A stretch of DNA of 64,000 nucleotides from an uncultured Desulfospira sp. (GCA_963663165.1 OY760175.1:2560001-2624000), one strand, 5' to 3'. Counted from the stretch's first letter, positions 36,982 to 47,244 are shown. Numbers and translations are program-made. Notes: a model not told the origin generated them from the letters alone.

Positions 36982-38238
36982 CTAACTTAAGATTTTATCG
37001 GCAAAGCTTTCAACAATATGGTCCAGGCGGGTCCATCCCTTTTTATTGAGCCTGAAATGGCGGCCTGCCTTGGGGTGGGGTGTGGTGGACGCCGTGCAGA
37101 CTTCTCCCAAATGCTGATCTTCAATGTGCCGGATGACGGGGGCGAACCGGGTTTGAAAGACCTGGCTGAACTTAAGGTTAAAGGCGTCCATGTCAATCCC
37201 CTCCCGGGTCCTTAAGCCCAGCATGATCCATTCAAGTTCCTGCTGGCGCAGGGTCAGGGTTTCGATTTGCCCCGGGGGCAGTTCACCGGCTTCAAGGCGG
37301 CTCAGGTAACCGGTAAGGCCCGGAAGGTTCCAGGACCTTTGAAGGGCATGGTCCGGCCCCTCTAAAAAGGAGTGGGCCGCCGGTCCCAGTCCCAGATAAG
37401 GGGTAAAGTTCCAATAGTTTGAATTGTGGCGGGACCGGTCCTCAGGCCGGCGAAAAAAATTAGAAATCTCATAATGGGCAAACCCGGCCTGCTCAATCCA
37501 GTCAGATCCTTTCAGGAAAAACTGGATTTTCTTTTCCGAGGGGCCGTCCCCGGAAAGGCAAATCCGGTTTTCCGCCGCCATTTTGCCCAGCGGCGTATCC
37601 GGCTCAACCGTGAGCATGTAACAGGACAGATGGGAAGGCCCAAAGGAAAATGCGGTGTCAAGGTCTGTTTTCCAGGTGTCTATGGTTTCATCGGGAAGGG
37701 CAAACATCAGATCAATGCCGATATTTTCAAACCCGGCTTTTCTTGCCTGTTCAATGGCCTGAACCGATTGGCGCTCCGAATGGATCCGGGTTAAAAATTT
37801 AAGTTTATCCCGGTTAAAGGACTGGACCCCTAAAGAAAGGCGGTTAATGCCGGCCGATTTCAGTCCCGTAAGGCTGGTCCGGTCCAGGGTGCCGGGGTTG
37901 GCCTCAAGGGTGATCTCTGCTTTTCGGGATATGCCGCAATACCGGTCAATGGATTCTAAAATCCGGGCAACGGCCTGAACCGGCAGCACCGAGGGCGTCC
38001 CCCCGCCCAAATATACGGTTTCAACCTTTGGGGACCGCATTTTGGACCGGGCAGCGCCGTAAAGCCCCGGATCCTGGCATTTCAACCGGATTTCCGTTTC
38101 AAGGGCCGACACAAATGCGGGGATTTTATTTAAATCCGGGGTGGAATAAAAATCACAGTAAATGCATTTCCGGATGCAGAACGGGACATGAATATAAATG
38201 GAAACCGGTTCAGACAAAGCGTTCCATGAGTTCATCAA
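36982..38238 (-). CDS. hemW: Radical SAM heme chaperone HemW (HemN-like); start uncertain
   Basis: YIHVPFC..KC.YCDF, GGGTPS, EANP, YEISNF, HNSNYW. Confidence 0.88.
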   Translation of the reverse strand: MMNSWNALSEPVSIYIHVPFCIRKCIYCDFYSTPDLNKIPAFVSALETEIRLKCQDPGLYGAARSKMRSPKVETVYLGGGTPSVLPVQAVARILESIDRYCGISRKAEITLEANPGTLDRTSLTGLKSAGINRLSLGVQSFNRDKLKFLTRIHSERQSVQAIEQARKAGFENIGIDLMFALPDETIDTWKTDLDTAFSFGPSHLSCYMLTVEPDTPLGKMAAENRICLSGDGPSEKKIQFFLKGSDWIEQAGFAHYEISNFFRRPEDRSRHNSNYWNFTPYLGLGPAAHSFLEGPDHALQRSWNLPGLTGYLSRLEAGELPPGQIETLTLRQQELEWIMLGLRTREGIDMDAFNLKFSQVFQTRFAPVIRHIEDQHLGEVCTASTTPHPKAGRHFRLNKKGWTRLDHIVESFADKILS

Positions 38239-39370
38239 TCACCCGGTCCACATTGTCCGGTGTCACCCCGTAATACTCACAGGCCATGCGGACCTGGTCC
38301 ATATGGGTGTTGTTGGCCATGTCCCCTAAGCTTCTGAAAAGCCCCAGGCGCCGGCCGATCTGGTAAAAGACCTGGTCTTCGGGATTTAAATCAAAAAAGT
38401 CGTCAATCACCTTTATCATCCGGTCCTTGTCCCAGGGAAGCCGGCCTTCAATGGTCTCAAACAGGTTCAGGATATGGTCGCTTTTGATATAAGAGTCGAT
38501 CCCGTTCAGGCTTTCTAAAAAGACGCGGATCTCCTTGGCAATCATGGTGTCGGTGGGTTTTTCAAATATTTTCTGGGCCGCCTCGTCAGAAAGCTGGGTC
38601 CCGGGGATGAGGGCGACGGTCCGAAGCCTTATAAATTCCGGGTTGATGTGGTTCAGGGCCGAAGCGGTTTCAAGGGCATGCTCAATGGAAAAGTCAATGC
38701 CGCCCAGGCCCGGCATCACATATTCGGAAAGTTCCATGCCGGCCTGTTTAACCTTTATGCCGGCCCTGATGTGGGTGTCTTTGTCCACCCCTTTGTTGAT
38801 CCGGGCCAGGACCCGGTCTGATCCGGATTCCATGCCGATGTGAATCCGGTTGAGCCCGGCCCGGGCCATTTTTTCAAGGTCCCTGTCATTTATCCGGACT
38901 ATGGTATGGCTTCTGGCATAGGAGGTGATCCGCTTGGCAAAGGGAAAGCGTTCCCGGATATGTTCCAGAATCCGGATCAGGTTTTCAGGTTTGATAATCA
39001 GAGAATTGGCATCCTGGAGGAAAATGGACTCCATGCCGGCTGCATACCAGTTCATGGCCGCGTTAAAGGCTAAGCGGTCCTTTTGTTCAAAGCGGTTAAA
39101 CAGGTTGGAGATTTGTTCCTGGGAAATAGAATTGCCGGGAAGGCCGGTGGCTTTGATTCCCCGGATATAGGTATGAATCAGGTCAATATCCCGGATAATA
39201 TGGTCCACCGGCCTGAAGGAAAATTTTTTGGATTTATATACCGGGCAGAAGGTGCAGTGGTTCCACGGGCAGTTCCGGGTCAGGCGCAGCAACAGGCTGT
39301 ATGCCTCGCTGGGCGGCCTTATGGGACCCTGCTCAAATCCCCGGTCTTGGCTGGTCCTGTTCTCTTCCAT
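38210..39370 (-). CDS. Radical SAM protein
   Basis: IRPPSEA.S, CPWNHCTFC, GMESGSD. Confidence 0.85.
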   Translation of the reverse strand: MEENRTSQDRGFEQGPIRPPSEAYSLLLRLTRNCPWNHCTFCPVYKSKKFSFRPVDHIIRDIDLIHTYIRGIKATGLPGNSISQEQISNLFNRFEQKDRLAFNAAMNWYAAGMESIFLQDANSLIIKPENLIRILEHIRERFPFAKRITSYARSHTIVRINDRDLEKMARAGLNRIHIGMESGSDRVLARINKGVDKDTHIRAGIKVKQAGMELSEYVMPGLGGIDFSIEHALETASALNHINPEFIRLRTVALIPGTQLSDEAAQKIFEKPTDTMIAKEIRVFLESLNGIDSYIKSDHILNLFETIEGRLPWDKDRMIKVIDDFFDLNPEDQVFYQIGRRLGLFRSLGDMANNTHMDQVRMACEYYGVTPDNVDRVIDELMERFV

Positions 39371-39442
39371 TTCTTCAATTGTCCTGTTTGGGATGGTGTT
39401 GGTTTTTTATAGCATCCATTACCCGTATTGGGCAATAGTTTA

Positions 39443-39480
39443 GGCTTGGGATTTGGGATATGGGACTTGGGATTTGGGGT
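39443..39480. repeat. Heptamer array (TGGGAYW)n, single arm
   Basis: CTTGGGA TTTGGGA TATGGGA CTTGGGA TTTGGGG. Confidence 0.8.
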
Positions 39481-39906
39481 CCGTTAGGGCAGGTTTATAA
39501 GGAAAATTGTGCGGCAGATATAGAGCTGGCGGCTCATATTCAAATCCAAACATTTTGCTCGTCTTATTTTAATTTTAGCCTAATTTAATGAAAACAATTC
39601 CCCCCTATAGTCAATTTCCAGTAAGTCGGTCATTCACCAACCGTACAATTTAAAACTTGTAAATTTCCCAATCCATGGGCCCCGGATTGGTCAAGGATCT
39701 TTGTGCGAGTGTGAGTTAACCCCGAAACCGGTTTTCTTTGGGGCCATGGCGTCTAAACCGCGGCAGGCCTCAAGCCCCTTATGCCAAAGGAGGTGGTAAA
39801 CAAACAGGTGTTTTCGAAACACCGGCGGTCTTTTTCTTAAATTTCCAAACCTAACTTTTCAACCTAAGTTTTTATCAACGAACCATTACAAAAAGGAATA
39901 AAACAA

Positions 39907-41448
39907 ATGCTTAATTTTAAAAAGGTTTTAAACGGCGGCAAGATTGCTGCTGTATGTGTAATTTCTCTGTCCCTTTGCATGGGAACCGGATTTGCGGCTT
40001 CCAAAACCAGAGCCAAAAAGACAACGGCTTCAACCGGCCCTAAATATGTATTTTACTTCATTGGTGACGGTATGGCCAATGTTCAGATCCATGCGGCTGA
40101 AGCCTACCTGGCAGCCTTGAATGAAGATGATGCCACCCCCGGCAGCGTCAAAGCCAACCTCTTAACCATGAGCACCTTCCCGGTTCAGGGCATGTCCACC
40201 ACCTTTGCCGACAACCGTCTGATCACTGACTCTGCCGCTGCCGGCACCGCCCTTGCCTGTGGCCAGAAAACCCTGGTGGGGGTGATTTCTAAAGATTCTG
40301 AAGGGAACAACATTGCCACCCTGGCAGAAAAAGCCAAAGCCCAGGGCAAAAAAGTGGGGATCTTAAGTTCTGTTACCATCAACCATGCTACCCCGGCTGT
40401 TTTCTACTCTCATAACGCTTCCCGTAACAACTACGGGGATATTGCTGAAGATCTGGCCAACTCAAACTTTGATTTTTTTGGCGGCGGGTTCTGGAACAAA
40501 GCAGCCAACGTTAAAGAAGAAACAACTGCAGCTGCCAACGGTTTTACCATCACCACCAGCCTGGCAGAACTTCAAGGCGTTACCAACGGCACAAGGGTTA
40601 TTGCCTTTGACGAAGCCCAGGGCAACACCACTACCGGCGAGCATCACGGCGCCCTGCGATATGAAATGGACCGCGGATATGTAAACGGCATGTCCCTGGC
40701 TGATTTCACCGGAGAGGCCATCCGGATTCTGGACAATGACAACGGCTTTTTCATGATGGTTGAAGGCGGCAAAATCGACTGGGCCTGCCATGCCAATGAC
40801 GCCCGGGCTGCCATTGATGACACCATTGCCTTTGACGACGCCGTTGCAAAGGCGGTCGAGTTCTACAACGCTCATCCCGATGATACCCTTATTGTTATCA
40901 CCGGTGACCATGAATGCGGCGGTATGACCATTGGATTTGCCGGAACCGCTTATGATACGTTTTTTGAAGTTCTTGAAAAACAGACCATGTCTTTTGAGTG
41001 GTTCGACAACACCGTTTTGACTGCTTATCTGTCCACTCATGCGGTAGTTGCGGATATTGATGCAGACATGTGGCAGATCATCCATACCAACTTCGGTCTT
41101 GACGGGAATGGAATTTCACCAAGCACTGATGATGACCTGACCGATTATCAAAAAGATCAACTTGAAGCTGCCTTTGACGAAACCTATGAAAAGGCCGCTA
41201 ATTCAAACTGGAGCAAAACTTTATCTGAACAGGAGTATCTGCTTTTTGGCGGATATGAACCCCTGACCGTAACCTTGACCCACGTTCTCAACCAGAGAGC
41301 CGGTATCGCTTTTACCTCTTACTCCCATACCGGCGTGCCCGTAATGGTTCTGGCCATGGGAAAAAACGCTTCTGTGTTTGACGGATTTTACGACAACACG
41401 GATGTTGCAAAGAGAATTGCCCAGGTTATGAATGTCGACCTTGACTAA
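39907..41448 (+). CDS. Secreted alkaline phosphatase (PhoA family)
   Basis: FIGDGM, TDSAA (catalytic Ser), HATPA, VEGGKIDWACHAND, TGDHECGG, SHT. Confidence 0.93.
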   Translation: MLNFKKVLNGGKIAAVCVISLSLCMGTGFAASKTRAKKTTASTGPKYVFYFIGDGMANVQIHAAEAYLAALNEDDATPGSVKANLLTMSTFPVQGMSTTFADNRLITDSAAAGTALACGQKTLVGVISKDSEGNNIATLAEKAKAQGKKVGILSSVTINHATPAVFYSHNASRNNYGDIAEDLANSNFDFFGGGFWNKAANVKEETTAAANGFTITTSLAELQGVTNGTRVIAFDEAQGNTTTGEHHGALRYEMDRGYVNGMSLADFTGEAIRILDNDNGFFMMVEGGKIDWACHANDARAAIDDTIAFDDAVAKAVEFYNAHPDDTLIVITGDHECGGMTIGFAGTAYDTFFEVLEKQTMSFEWFDNTVLTAYLSTHAVVADIDADMWQIIHTNFGLDGNGISPSTDDDLTDYQKDQLEAAFDETYEKAANSNWSKTLSEQEYLLFGGYEPLTVTLTHVLNQRAGIAFTSYSHTGVPVMVLAMGKNASVFDGFYDNTDVAKRIAQVMNVDLD

Positions 41449-41469
41449 GGTTTAACTCAAGCAACTGAT

Positions 41470-41516
41470 TCTGCAAAGTGCCGGTTCCAGGGCGTTTCCC
41501 TGAGGCGCTTTGCAGA
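41470..41516 (+). other. Intergenic hairpin (possible mRNA stabiliser or partial terminator)
   Basis: CTGCAAAGTGCC...GGCGCTTTGCAG with an inner CAGGG..CCCTG stem; no immediate U-tract. Confidence 0.5.
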
Positions 41517-41543
41517 TGATTTTTACCGTATAGAGAAGGAATT

Positions 41544-42737
41544 ATGGCATATCTGAGAAAATATCCGGATTTGTTTTTAACTCTCCTGTTCGCCGGGTTG
41601 TGCGGGGTTTTGTTTGCTTTGCCCACAGGGTTTGATGACCGCGTGTCAAAAGACTCGCTTTATGACCGGGCCGAGGTTACGGCGGTGGACAATTCAGATA
41701 TCATGGTCCATGCCATTATAAAAGCCGGAACCCAGGATCTCACCGTCCGGATGCTCACCGGCCCTTTCAAGGGAGAGCAGGCCATTGTGGTCAACAACCT
41801 GAAAGGGAAAATGGAGCTGGATGAAATCTTTACAAAGGGGCAGGTCATCCTGGTGGAGTATTCGGTTGCCAACGGAAAAATCAAAGCGGCATACAGCCGG
41901 GGCCATTACCGCATCAGCCATGAGCTGTGGCTGTTGGGGCTGTTTGCCCTGCTGCTGATGGCCGTGGGCGGCTGGACCGGGATCAAGGCCCTGCTCTCTT
42001 TTGCATTGGCAGGGCTCATGCTCTGGAAGGTCATGGTTCCCTTGTTTCTTAAAGGGTATGACCCAATCCCCATTGCCCTGGCCGTGGTGGCCTTTTTAAC
42101 CCTTGCCATCAGTTTTCTGGTGGGCGGGGCCACCAAACGGGGGGTGGTCACCTTTCTCGGGGCTTTTCTGGGGCTGGTGTTTACCTGTGTCCTGGCCCTT
42201 TATTTTAATGAGAGCTTCAGGATCCACGGGGCGGTCCGCCCCTTTGCCGAAACCCTTATCTATTCGGGCTATTATGATCTGAGGATCACCCGGATCTTCC
42301 TTGCCGGCATTTTTATCGCTTCATCCGGGGCGGTCATGGACCTTGCCATGGACATTGCCGCGTCCATGGATGAAGTCAAAAAGAACAACCCGGACATCGC
42401 TTTAAAAGACCATATCCGGTCGGGAATGTCCGTGGGCAGGGCCGTGATCGGTACCATGACCACCACCCTGCTGCTGGCTTACTCAGGCGGATACATGACC
42501 ATGATGATGCTGTTCATGGCCCAGGGGGTTCCCCTGATCAACTTTTTTAACATTAACTATGTGGCGGCTGAAGTTCTCAACACCCTTGTGGGAAGCTTTG
42601 GCCTTGTAACCGTAGCACCGTTCACGGCGGCTGTGGGAGGTCTGATCTACCGGTTCCGGCCGGATCAGGCATTAAGCACAGACAGTGCCGCTGAATCCGG
42701 GACAGGCAAAAAACGGCTGACCCCGGAGACAAATTAA
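41544..42737 (+). CDS. YibE/F-family membrane protein
   Basis: GAVMDLAMDIAA, GTMTTTLLLAYSGG; multiple TM segments. Confidence 0.88.
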   Translation: MAYLRKYPDLFLTLLFAGLCGVLFALPTGFDDRVSKDSLYDRAEVTAVDNSDIMVHAIIKAGTQDLTVRMLTGPFKGEQAIVVNNLKGKMELDEIFTKGQVILVEYSVANGKIKAAYSRGHYRISHELWLLGLFALLLMAVGGWTGIKALLSFALAGLMLWKVMVPLFLKGYDPIPIALAVVAFLTLAISFLVGGATKRGVVTFLGAFLGLVFTCVLALYFNESFRIHGAVRPFAETLIYSGYYDLRITRIFLAGIFIASSGAVMDLAMDIAASMDEVKKNNPDIALKDHIRSGMSVGRAVIGTMTTTLLLAYSGGYMTMMMLFMAQGVPLINFFNINYVAAEVLNTLVGSFGLVTVAPFTAAVGGLIYRFRPDQALSTDSAAESGTGKKRLTPETN

Positions 42738-42774
42738 ATATTGAGAATCATTTATTAAGTAAAGGAATACAAAA

Positions 42775-43485
42775 ATGAAACAGATGAAGTTAACAATTAT
42801 TGCATTATTTTCCGCGCTGCTGGTTGTATGTGCGTCTTCCAGCGCTTTTGCAGCCACCTATGGTCAGGCTGCTGCTGTTATGTATTATGATACCCTTTCA
42901 ATTTCATTTGACGGACTTACCCCCGCACTGACTACTTATGCCGACTATAATGGAACCGAAGACACCCCTGCCGGCACGGAAGCGCTGGTTGAGACTGACA
43001 ACGGCTGGGGCTGGGCTGAGGTGGATGTCACAGACAGTGAAAAAGACCTTTATGCCGATGCCTATGTCGACAGCCCTGCTTCCTATGAATATGCCTATGC
43101 CAATGCTGAGTTAAGCGCATCTTTTACGGCTGAAGAAGCCGGCAGTGTAACCGTATCCATAGATTACTACCTGTATATTGACGGTACCAGTGACGCCGCC
43201 AGCAGCGCTTGGGCCTATGCGGAAGCCCTGGCTTACCTGTCCATTAACGATGAAGAGGTGACAGACATCTTTGGGGATGACGTCATTTTTTATAACGGGA
43301 TTAGCTATGAGGGCGACACACCCGTTTATACCTTAACCCTTACCTATAAATATGACGCCAATGACACCGTTAATATCCTTGCCGGTGTCAGTGCCTATGC
43401 TGAAGCCGCTGTACCCGTACCCGGTGCCGGACTTCTCCTGAGCGCCGGCCTGATCGCTCTGGCGGGGATCAGAAGAAAAAACTAA
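42775..43485 (+). CDS. PEP-CTERM/VPLPA-CTERM-type surface protein
   Basis: Signal peptide; C-terminal AVPVPGAGLLLSAGLIALAGIRRKN. Confidence 0.85.
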   Translation: MKQMKLTIIALFSALLVVCASSSAFAATYGQAAAVMYYDTLSISFDGLTPALTTYADYNGTEDTPAGTEALVETDNGWGWAEVDVTDSEKDLYADAYVDSPASYEYAYANAELSASFTAEEAGSVTVSIDYYLYIDGTSDAASSAWAYAEALAYLSINDEEVTDIFGDDVIFYNGISYEGDTPVYTLTLTYKYDANDTVNILAGVSAYAEAAVPVPGAGLLLSAGLIALAGIRRKN

Positions 43486-43506
43486 TCTGAACGGCCATTA
43501 ATAAAC

Positions 43507-43540
43507 AAAAGGACGGCTCCTTGGGGGGCCGCCCTTTTTT
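43507..43540 (+). terminator. Intrinsic terminator
   Basis: AAAA-GGACGGCTCC..GGGGCCGCCC-TTTTTT. Confidence 0.65.
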
Positions 43541-43542
43541 AA

Positions 43543-43654
43543 TTGGGATATGGGATATGGGACTTGGGATATGGGATATGGGGTATGGGATATGGAATCT
43601 CGGCCCCAAGTCCCAGGTCCCAGGTCCCAAGCCCAAGTCCCAAGTCCCAAGTCT
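43543..43654. repeat. Inverted heptamer tandem arrays between convergent genes
   Basis: About 7 TGGGATA-type units followed by about 7 TCCCARG-type units. Confidence 0.85.
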
Positions 43655-43659
43655 AACAT

Positions 43660-45267
43660 CTACATATCCACCTGCCCGGGCGTCAGATACTCCTTAGCAT
43701 AAGGGGCAAACAGCCGCTTTTCCCTGAACAATTGGACAATATCTTTATCAATGTGGCCCTCTTTTTCCATCTGATCCAGAATTTCAAGGGCCTTTGACAG
43801 GGGCATGGGGTGTTTGTAAGGCCGGTCTGCGGCGGTCAGGGCTTCAAATATGTCGGCAATGGCCATGATCCTTGTGGCCAGGTCCAGCTGGGCGGCGTCT
43901 TTTCCGTCGGGATAGCCTGATCCGTCCAGCTTTTCGTGATGGGATGCGGCAATTTGTGGGACCTTTTGAAGGTTTTTGGGAAAGGGCAGTTCCTGTAGAA
44001 TTTTCCGGGTGGCCACCACGTGGTTTTCTATGATTTTGCGTTCAGCCGGGGTGAGGTTGCCTTTTCTAACGCTCAGATGGTCCAGCTCACCGGCGGTGAG
44101 AAAGGGGACATGGTCCGGAAATAACCGGCGTTGGGCAATGTCGTTGAGGCGCTGGAGCTGATGGTCCTCCAGAAAGGATTTGCCCTCATTGCACTGAAGG
44201 ATAAAAGCAAGGTCTGATTCAAGTTGTCTTTTTTCATTTCCAAGCTCATCTTCAAGCTGTGTCATGGAGAAATTAACAGGGTCCTGATTTTGCTCTAACA
44301 GGGCTATTTTTTTCTTTAAAAATAAATTTTCCAGTTCCTGGGCGATCAGTTTAAACCGAAGCCGGATCTCTGCGGCCCCGTCCCGGATGGCCTCAAGCTT
44401 TGTCTGTTTGTTGATCACGTGTTCCGGGGTGGTGATTTTGCCCACATCATGCATCCAGGCCGCAATTTTCAGTTCTTCAAGTTCCTCGTCGGTGAACTGT
44501 TTGCCGGCAAGGGGACCGTCCTCCTGGTCATTGATGCCTTTGGCCACCAGAAGGGAGAGTTCCACCACCCGCTTGATGTGGCCGCCGGTGTAAGCGGATT
44601 TCTCATCCACGGCTGCGGCAATGCTCTTGATAAACGAATACAACAGGTCTTTTAACCCGGCAATCAGCTGCCGGTTGTTCAGGGCCGACCCGGCAAGGGA
44701 GGCTAAGGCACAGGCTATGCTGACCGCTTCATCGTCAAAGGGAACCACCTTAAAGGTATCCTGGCTGATGGCATTGAGCAGCTGAAGGACCCCTAAAATT
44801 TCCCCTTCATGGTTGTGCATGGGGATGACCAGCATGGAGACCGACCGGTAACCGGTTTTTTCATCATAGGCCCTGGGGCCGGAAAAATTAAACCGGGTGG
44901 AGTTATAAATATCATTAATCCTGAAGGTCTTGCCGGTCAGGGCGGCACAAGAGGAGATATTGGACATATTGGGCTCCCCTTTGGGCGTATACAGGGGAAC
45001 CGAAGGGAAATTGCCCTTGTCTTTGCCGGTACCGGTTTCTATTCCCATACTCCGGTTCCTGACAATGGCAAAATCCAGATGGCTCCCTTTTTCATTAATA
45101 ATATAAAGGGTGCCGGCATCGGCCGTACTGATCCTTAAGGCCTCGTCAAGAATCATCTCAAGAAGCCGGTTAATATCATCTTCCGCTGTCAGGGCCACGG
45201 CAATGTCGATGATATTCTTTGCCGGCATCAGCAGGTGGCTGTACGGATTTTTGTAGGCTTCGGACAT
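43660..45267 (-). CDS. GAF plus HD-GYP c-di-GMP phosphodiesterase
   Basis: GVLQLLN GAF; HDVGK, HHEKLDGSGYP, ADIFEALTA.DRPYK. Confidence 0.92.
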   Translation of the reverse strand: MSEAYKNPYSHLLMPAKNIIDIAVALTAEDDINRLLEMILDEALRISTADAGTLYIINEKGSHLDFAIVRNRSMGIETGTGKDKGNFPSVPLYTPKGEPNMSNISSCAALTGKTFRINDIYNSTRFNFSGPRAYDEKTGYRSVSMLVIPMHNHEGEILGVLQLLNAISQDTFKVVPFDDEAVSIACALASLAGSALNNRQLIAGLKDLLYSFIKSIAAAVDEKSAYTGGHIKRVVELSLLVAKGINDQEDGPLAGKQFTDEELEELKIAAWMHDVGKITTPEHVINKQTKLEAIRDGAAEIRLRFKLIAQELENLFLKKKIALLEQNQDPVNFSMTQLEDELGNEKRQLESDLAFILQCNEGKSFLEDHQLQRLNDIAQRRLFPDHVPFLTAGELDHLSVRKGNLTPAERKIIENHVVATRKILQELPFPKNLQKVPQIAASHHEKLDGSGYPDGKDAAQLDLATRIMAIADIFEALTAADRPYKHPMPLSKALEILDQMEKEGHIDKDIVQLFREKRLFAPYAKEYLTPGQVDM

Positions 45268-45385
45268 GGAAAACCGCCTTATCCGGGTTGTTGGTCTTCA
45301 GTGTCGGTCAAGGATTAATTATTACATCATATTTTTATAGATACCATTAAACAGATACCCGTAGCAAGCAGCTTAATTGCCACTT

Positions 45386-45701
45386 CAGGGCGATCACATG
45401 TAAAAATCAAGTTCCATCTTCAATATAATGGAGGGATTTAGGCTGAAGGCTGAAGGGGTTTAGGGCAGTGCATCCCTTCAGCCTAACCACCTTCAGCCTA
45501 ATGACCTTCTTTATCATCATCCATACTCATATCAATGCCATTAACTTAAGAAATTTGGCATAGCGCGCAGGGGTTATAAAATGGGCGCCAACGGCGCTTC
45601 ACCCTCTTGTCTCTTGTTTCTAGTTTCTTGTATTAACGCTTAAATTAATGACATTGATACTCATATATTAAACAGCCGGCAGACCACATGCGATTGCCCT
45701 G
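45386..45701. mobile_element. MITE-like insert (316 bp) with ISAs1-like CAGGG ends
   Basis: TIR CAGGGCGATCACATGT / ACATGCGATTGCCCTG (14/16); flanking 21-bp direct repeat (19/21) at 45365-45385 and 45702-45722. Confidence 0.7.
45418..45508. repeat. 91-bp palindromic dispersed repeat, copy 2
   Basis: 79/91 match to 3638-3728; TAGGCTGAAGG...CCTTCAGCCTA. Confidence 0.8.
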
Positions 45702-45740
45702 CAAGCAGCATAATTGCCCCTTGACCGAATTATATTTTTT

Positions 45741-45770
45741 TGTTAACTGTACCGCTTAATGAAAGTTAAC
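45741..45770. promoter_or_regulatory. Putative BirA operator overlapping the birA start codon
   Basis: TGTTAAC-N17-GTTAAC, resembling the known BirA box. Confidence 0.6.
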
Positions 45771-46709
45771 CAGACAGCCGACAACCGGCAGACCATTCTC
45801 AAGCTGCTGTACCAGTCTCCCGAAGCCCCGGTTTCCGGTGTTGACATCAGCCGGGCCATGGGCATTTCACGGGTGGCGGTCTGGAAACACATCCAGGCGT
45901 TAAGAGAGGCTGGGATGGACATTGAATCCCACCCCACCGGGTATGAACTAAAAGACCCCGGAAATCTGCTCTATCCGTTCTGTTTTCCGGAACAATTGCA
46001 GGAAAAAATTTTTTATTTTCAGGAACTGTCCTCTACCATGGACCAGGCCAGGGCCGGGGCCAGGGAGGGGGCCGGTCACTTGAGCTGTGTCATTGCCGAA
46101 CACCAGACCCGGTCCCGGGGACGGCTGAACAGGGAATGGATCTCATTTGAGGGGGGCCTGTGGGTGACCCTGATCCTGAAACCGGACCTGCCCCCGCCCC
46201 TGGCCTGGACATTCAACTTTGCCGCATCCAGCTGCCTGTCTGAAGTATTGACCCGGTTATTTGATCTGGATGTTCGTGTCAAATGGCCCAATGACCTGCT
46301 CCTTGGGGGGAAGAAACTGGCCGGCCTGCTCTCGGAAATGGAAACCCGGGCCGACATGGTCAACTTTCTGCTTCTGGGCATCGGGCTCAATGTCAACAAT
46401 GCCCCTGAATCAGACCATTTTCAGGCCATTTCCCTGAAAAAAGCCCTGGGAAGACCTGTATCCAGGAAAACCATTCTGGCTGAATTTTTACAGCTGTTTG
46501 AATCCCGGACACAGGCCATTGATCCGTCTCAGATCATCTGCCAATGGAAAGAACAGACATCCACCATCGGCTCCCGGGTAAGGGTTCAAACCCATGACCA
46601 GACCTTTGAAGGCCTTGCCGTAGATGTGGACGACACCGGGGCATTGATCATCAAAGATAACGAAAACCAATTTCAAAAAATTATTTATGGAGACTGCTTC
46701 CATGCCTGA
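45759..46709 (+). CDS. birA: Bifunctional biotin ligase/repressor
   Basis: N-terminal HTH (SG..IS..MGISRVAVWKHI); QT.SRGR..R.W, KWPND, KLAGLL. Confidence 0.95.
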   Translation: MKVNQTADNRQTILKLLYQSPEAPVSGVDISRAMGISRVAVWKHIQALREAGMDIESHPTGYELKDPGNLLYPFCFPEQLQEKIFYFQELSSTMDQARAGAREGAGHLSCVIAEHQTRSRGRLNREWISFEGGLWVTLILKPDLPPPLAWTFNFAASSCLSEVLTRLFDLDVRVKWPNDLLLGGKKLAGLLSEMETRADMVNFLLLGIGLNVNNAPESDHFQAISLKKALGRPVSRKTILAEFLQLFESRTQAIDPSQIICQWKEQTSTIGSRVRVQTHDQTFEGLAVDVDDTGALIIKDNENQFQKIIYGDCFHA

Positions 46710-47244
46710 AAGAACGGCCACTTACGCCCCGGTCAAACCGGTTGTATACGCTGCCTTATTTATCGCCCTGATCAGTGTCGGGGCCTTTATGGCCATCCCT
46801 GTAGGGCCGGTTCCCATTGCCCTTCAAAGCCTGTTTGTACTGCTTGCCGGCCTGCTCCTGGCCCCGTCATGGGCGGTGGGGTGTGTGGCGGTCTATCTGC
46901 TCATGGGGCTGGCCGGACTGCCTGTATTTGCCGGCGGAACCTCGGGAATCGGCAGGTTGTTCGGCCCTACCGGCGGATATCTTTTGGGATACCTGCCGGC
47001 TGTTTTTATAACGTCACTGTTATCCAAAGGGGACCATAACCGCCCGGTCAACGATTTAGGGGCCATGATTGCCGGGACATTCATGATTTATGCCATCGGG
47101 GTTCCCTGGCTGAAACTGGTCCTGGCCGTCTCCTGGGGCAAGGCCTTAGGGCTTGGGATGATTCCTTTTCTGCCCGGGGACGGACTTAAAATTGCTGCAG
47201 GCATGTTTATTGTCCTGAAGCTTCGCCCCATGATCCGGCTGTAA
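46702..47244 (+). CDS. bioY: Biotin ECF S-component
   Basis: PVPIALQ, GLPVFAGG, GPTGGYL.G, PFLPGD..K. Confidence 0.93.
   Translation: MPERTATYAPVKPVVYAALFIALISVGAFMAIPVGPVPIALQSLFVLLAGLLLAPSWAVGCVAVYLLMGLAGLPVFAGGTSGIGRLFGPTGGYLLGYLPAVFITSLLSKGDHNRPVNDLGAMIAGTFMIYAIGVPWLKLVLAVSWGKALGLGMIPFLPGDGLKIAAGMFIVLKLRPMIRL

Noticed and set aside
39600..39900. Riboswitch (e.g. c-di-GMP-I) or Pho box upstream of alkaline phosphatase
   Set aside because: Hairpins exist, but I could not match the conserved riboswitch core or an 11-bp-period Pho repeat
6098..43654. CRISPR array
   Set aside because: Repeats are 7-bp tandem units or three irregular hairpin units; there is no constant repeat with unique spacers and no cas gene
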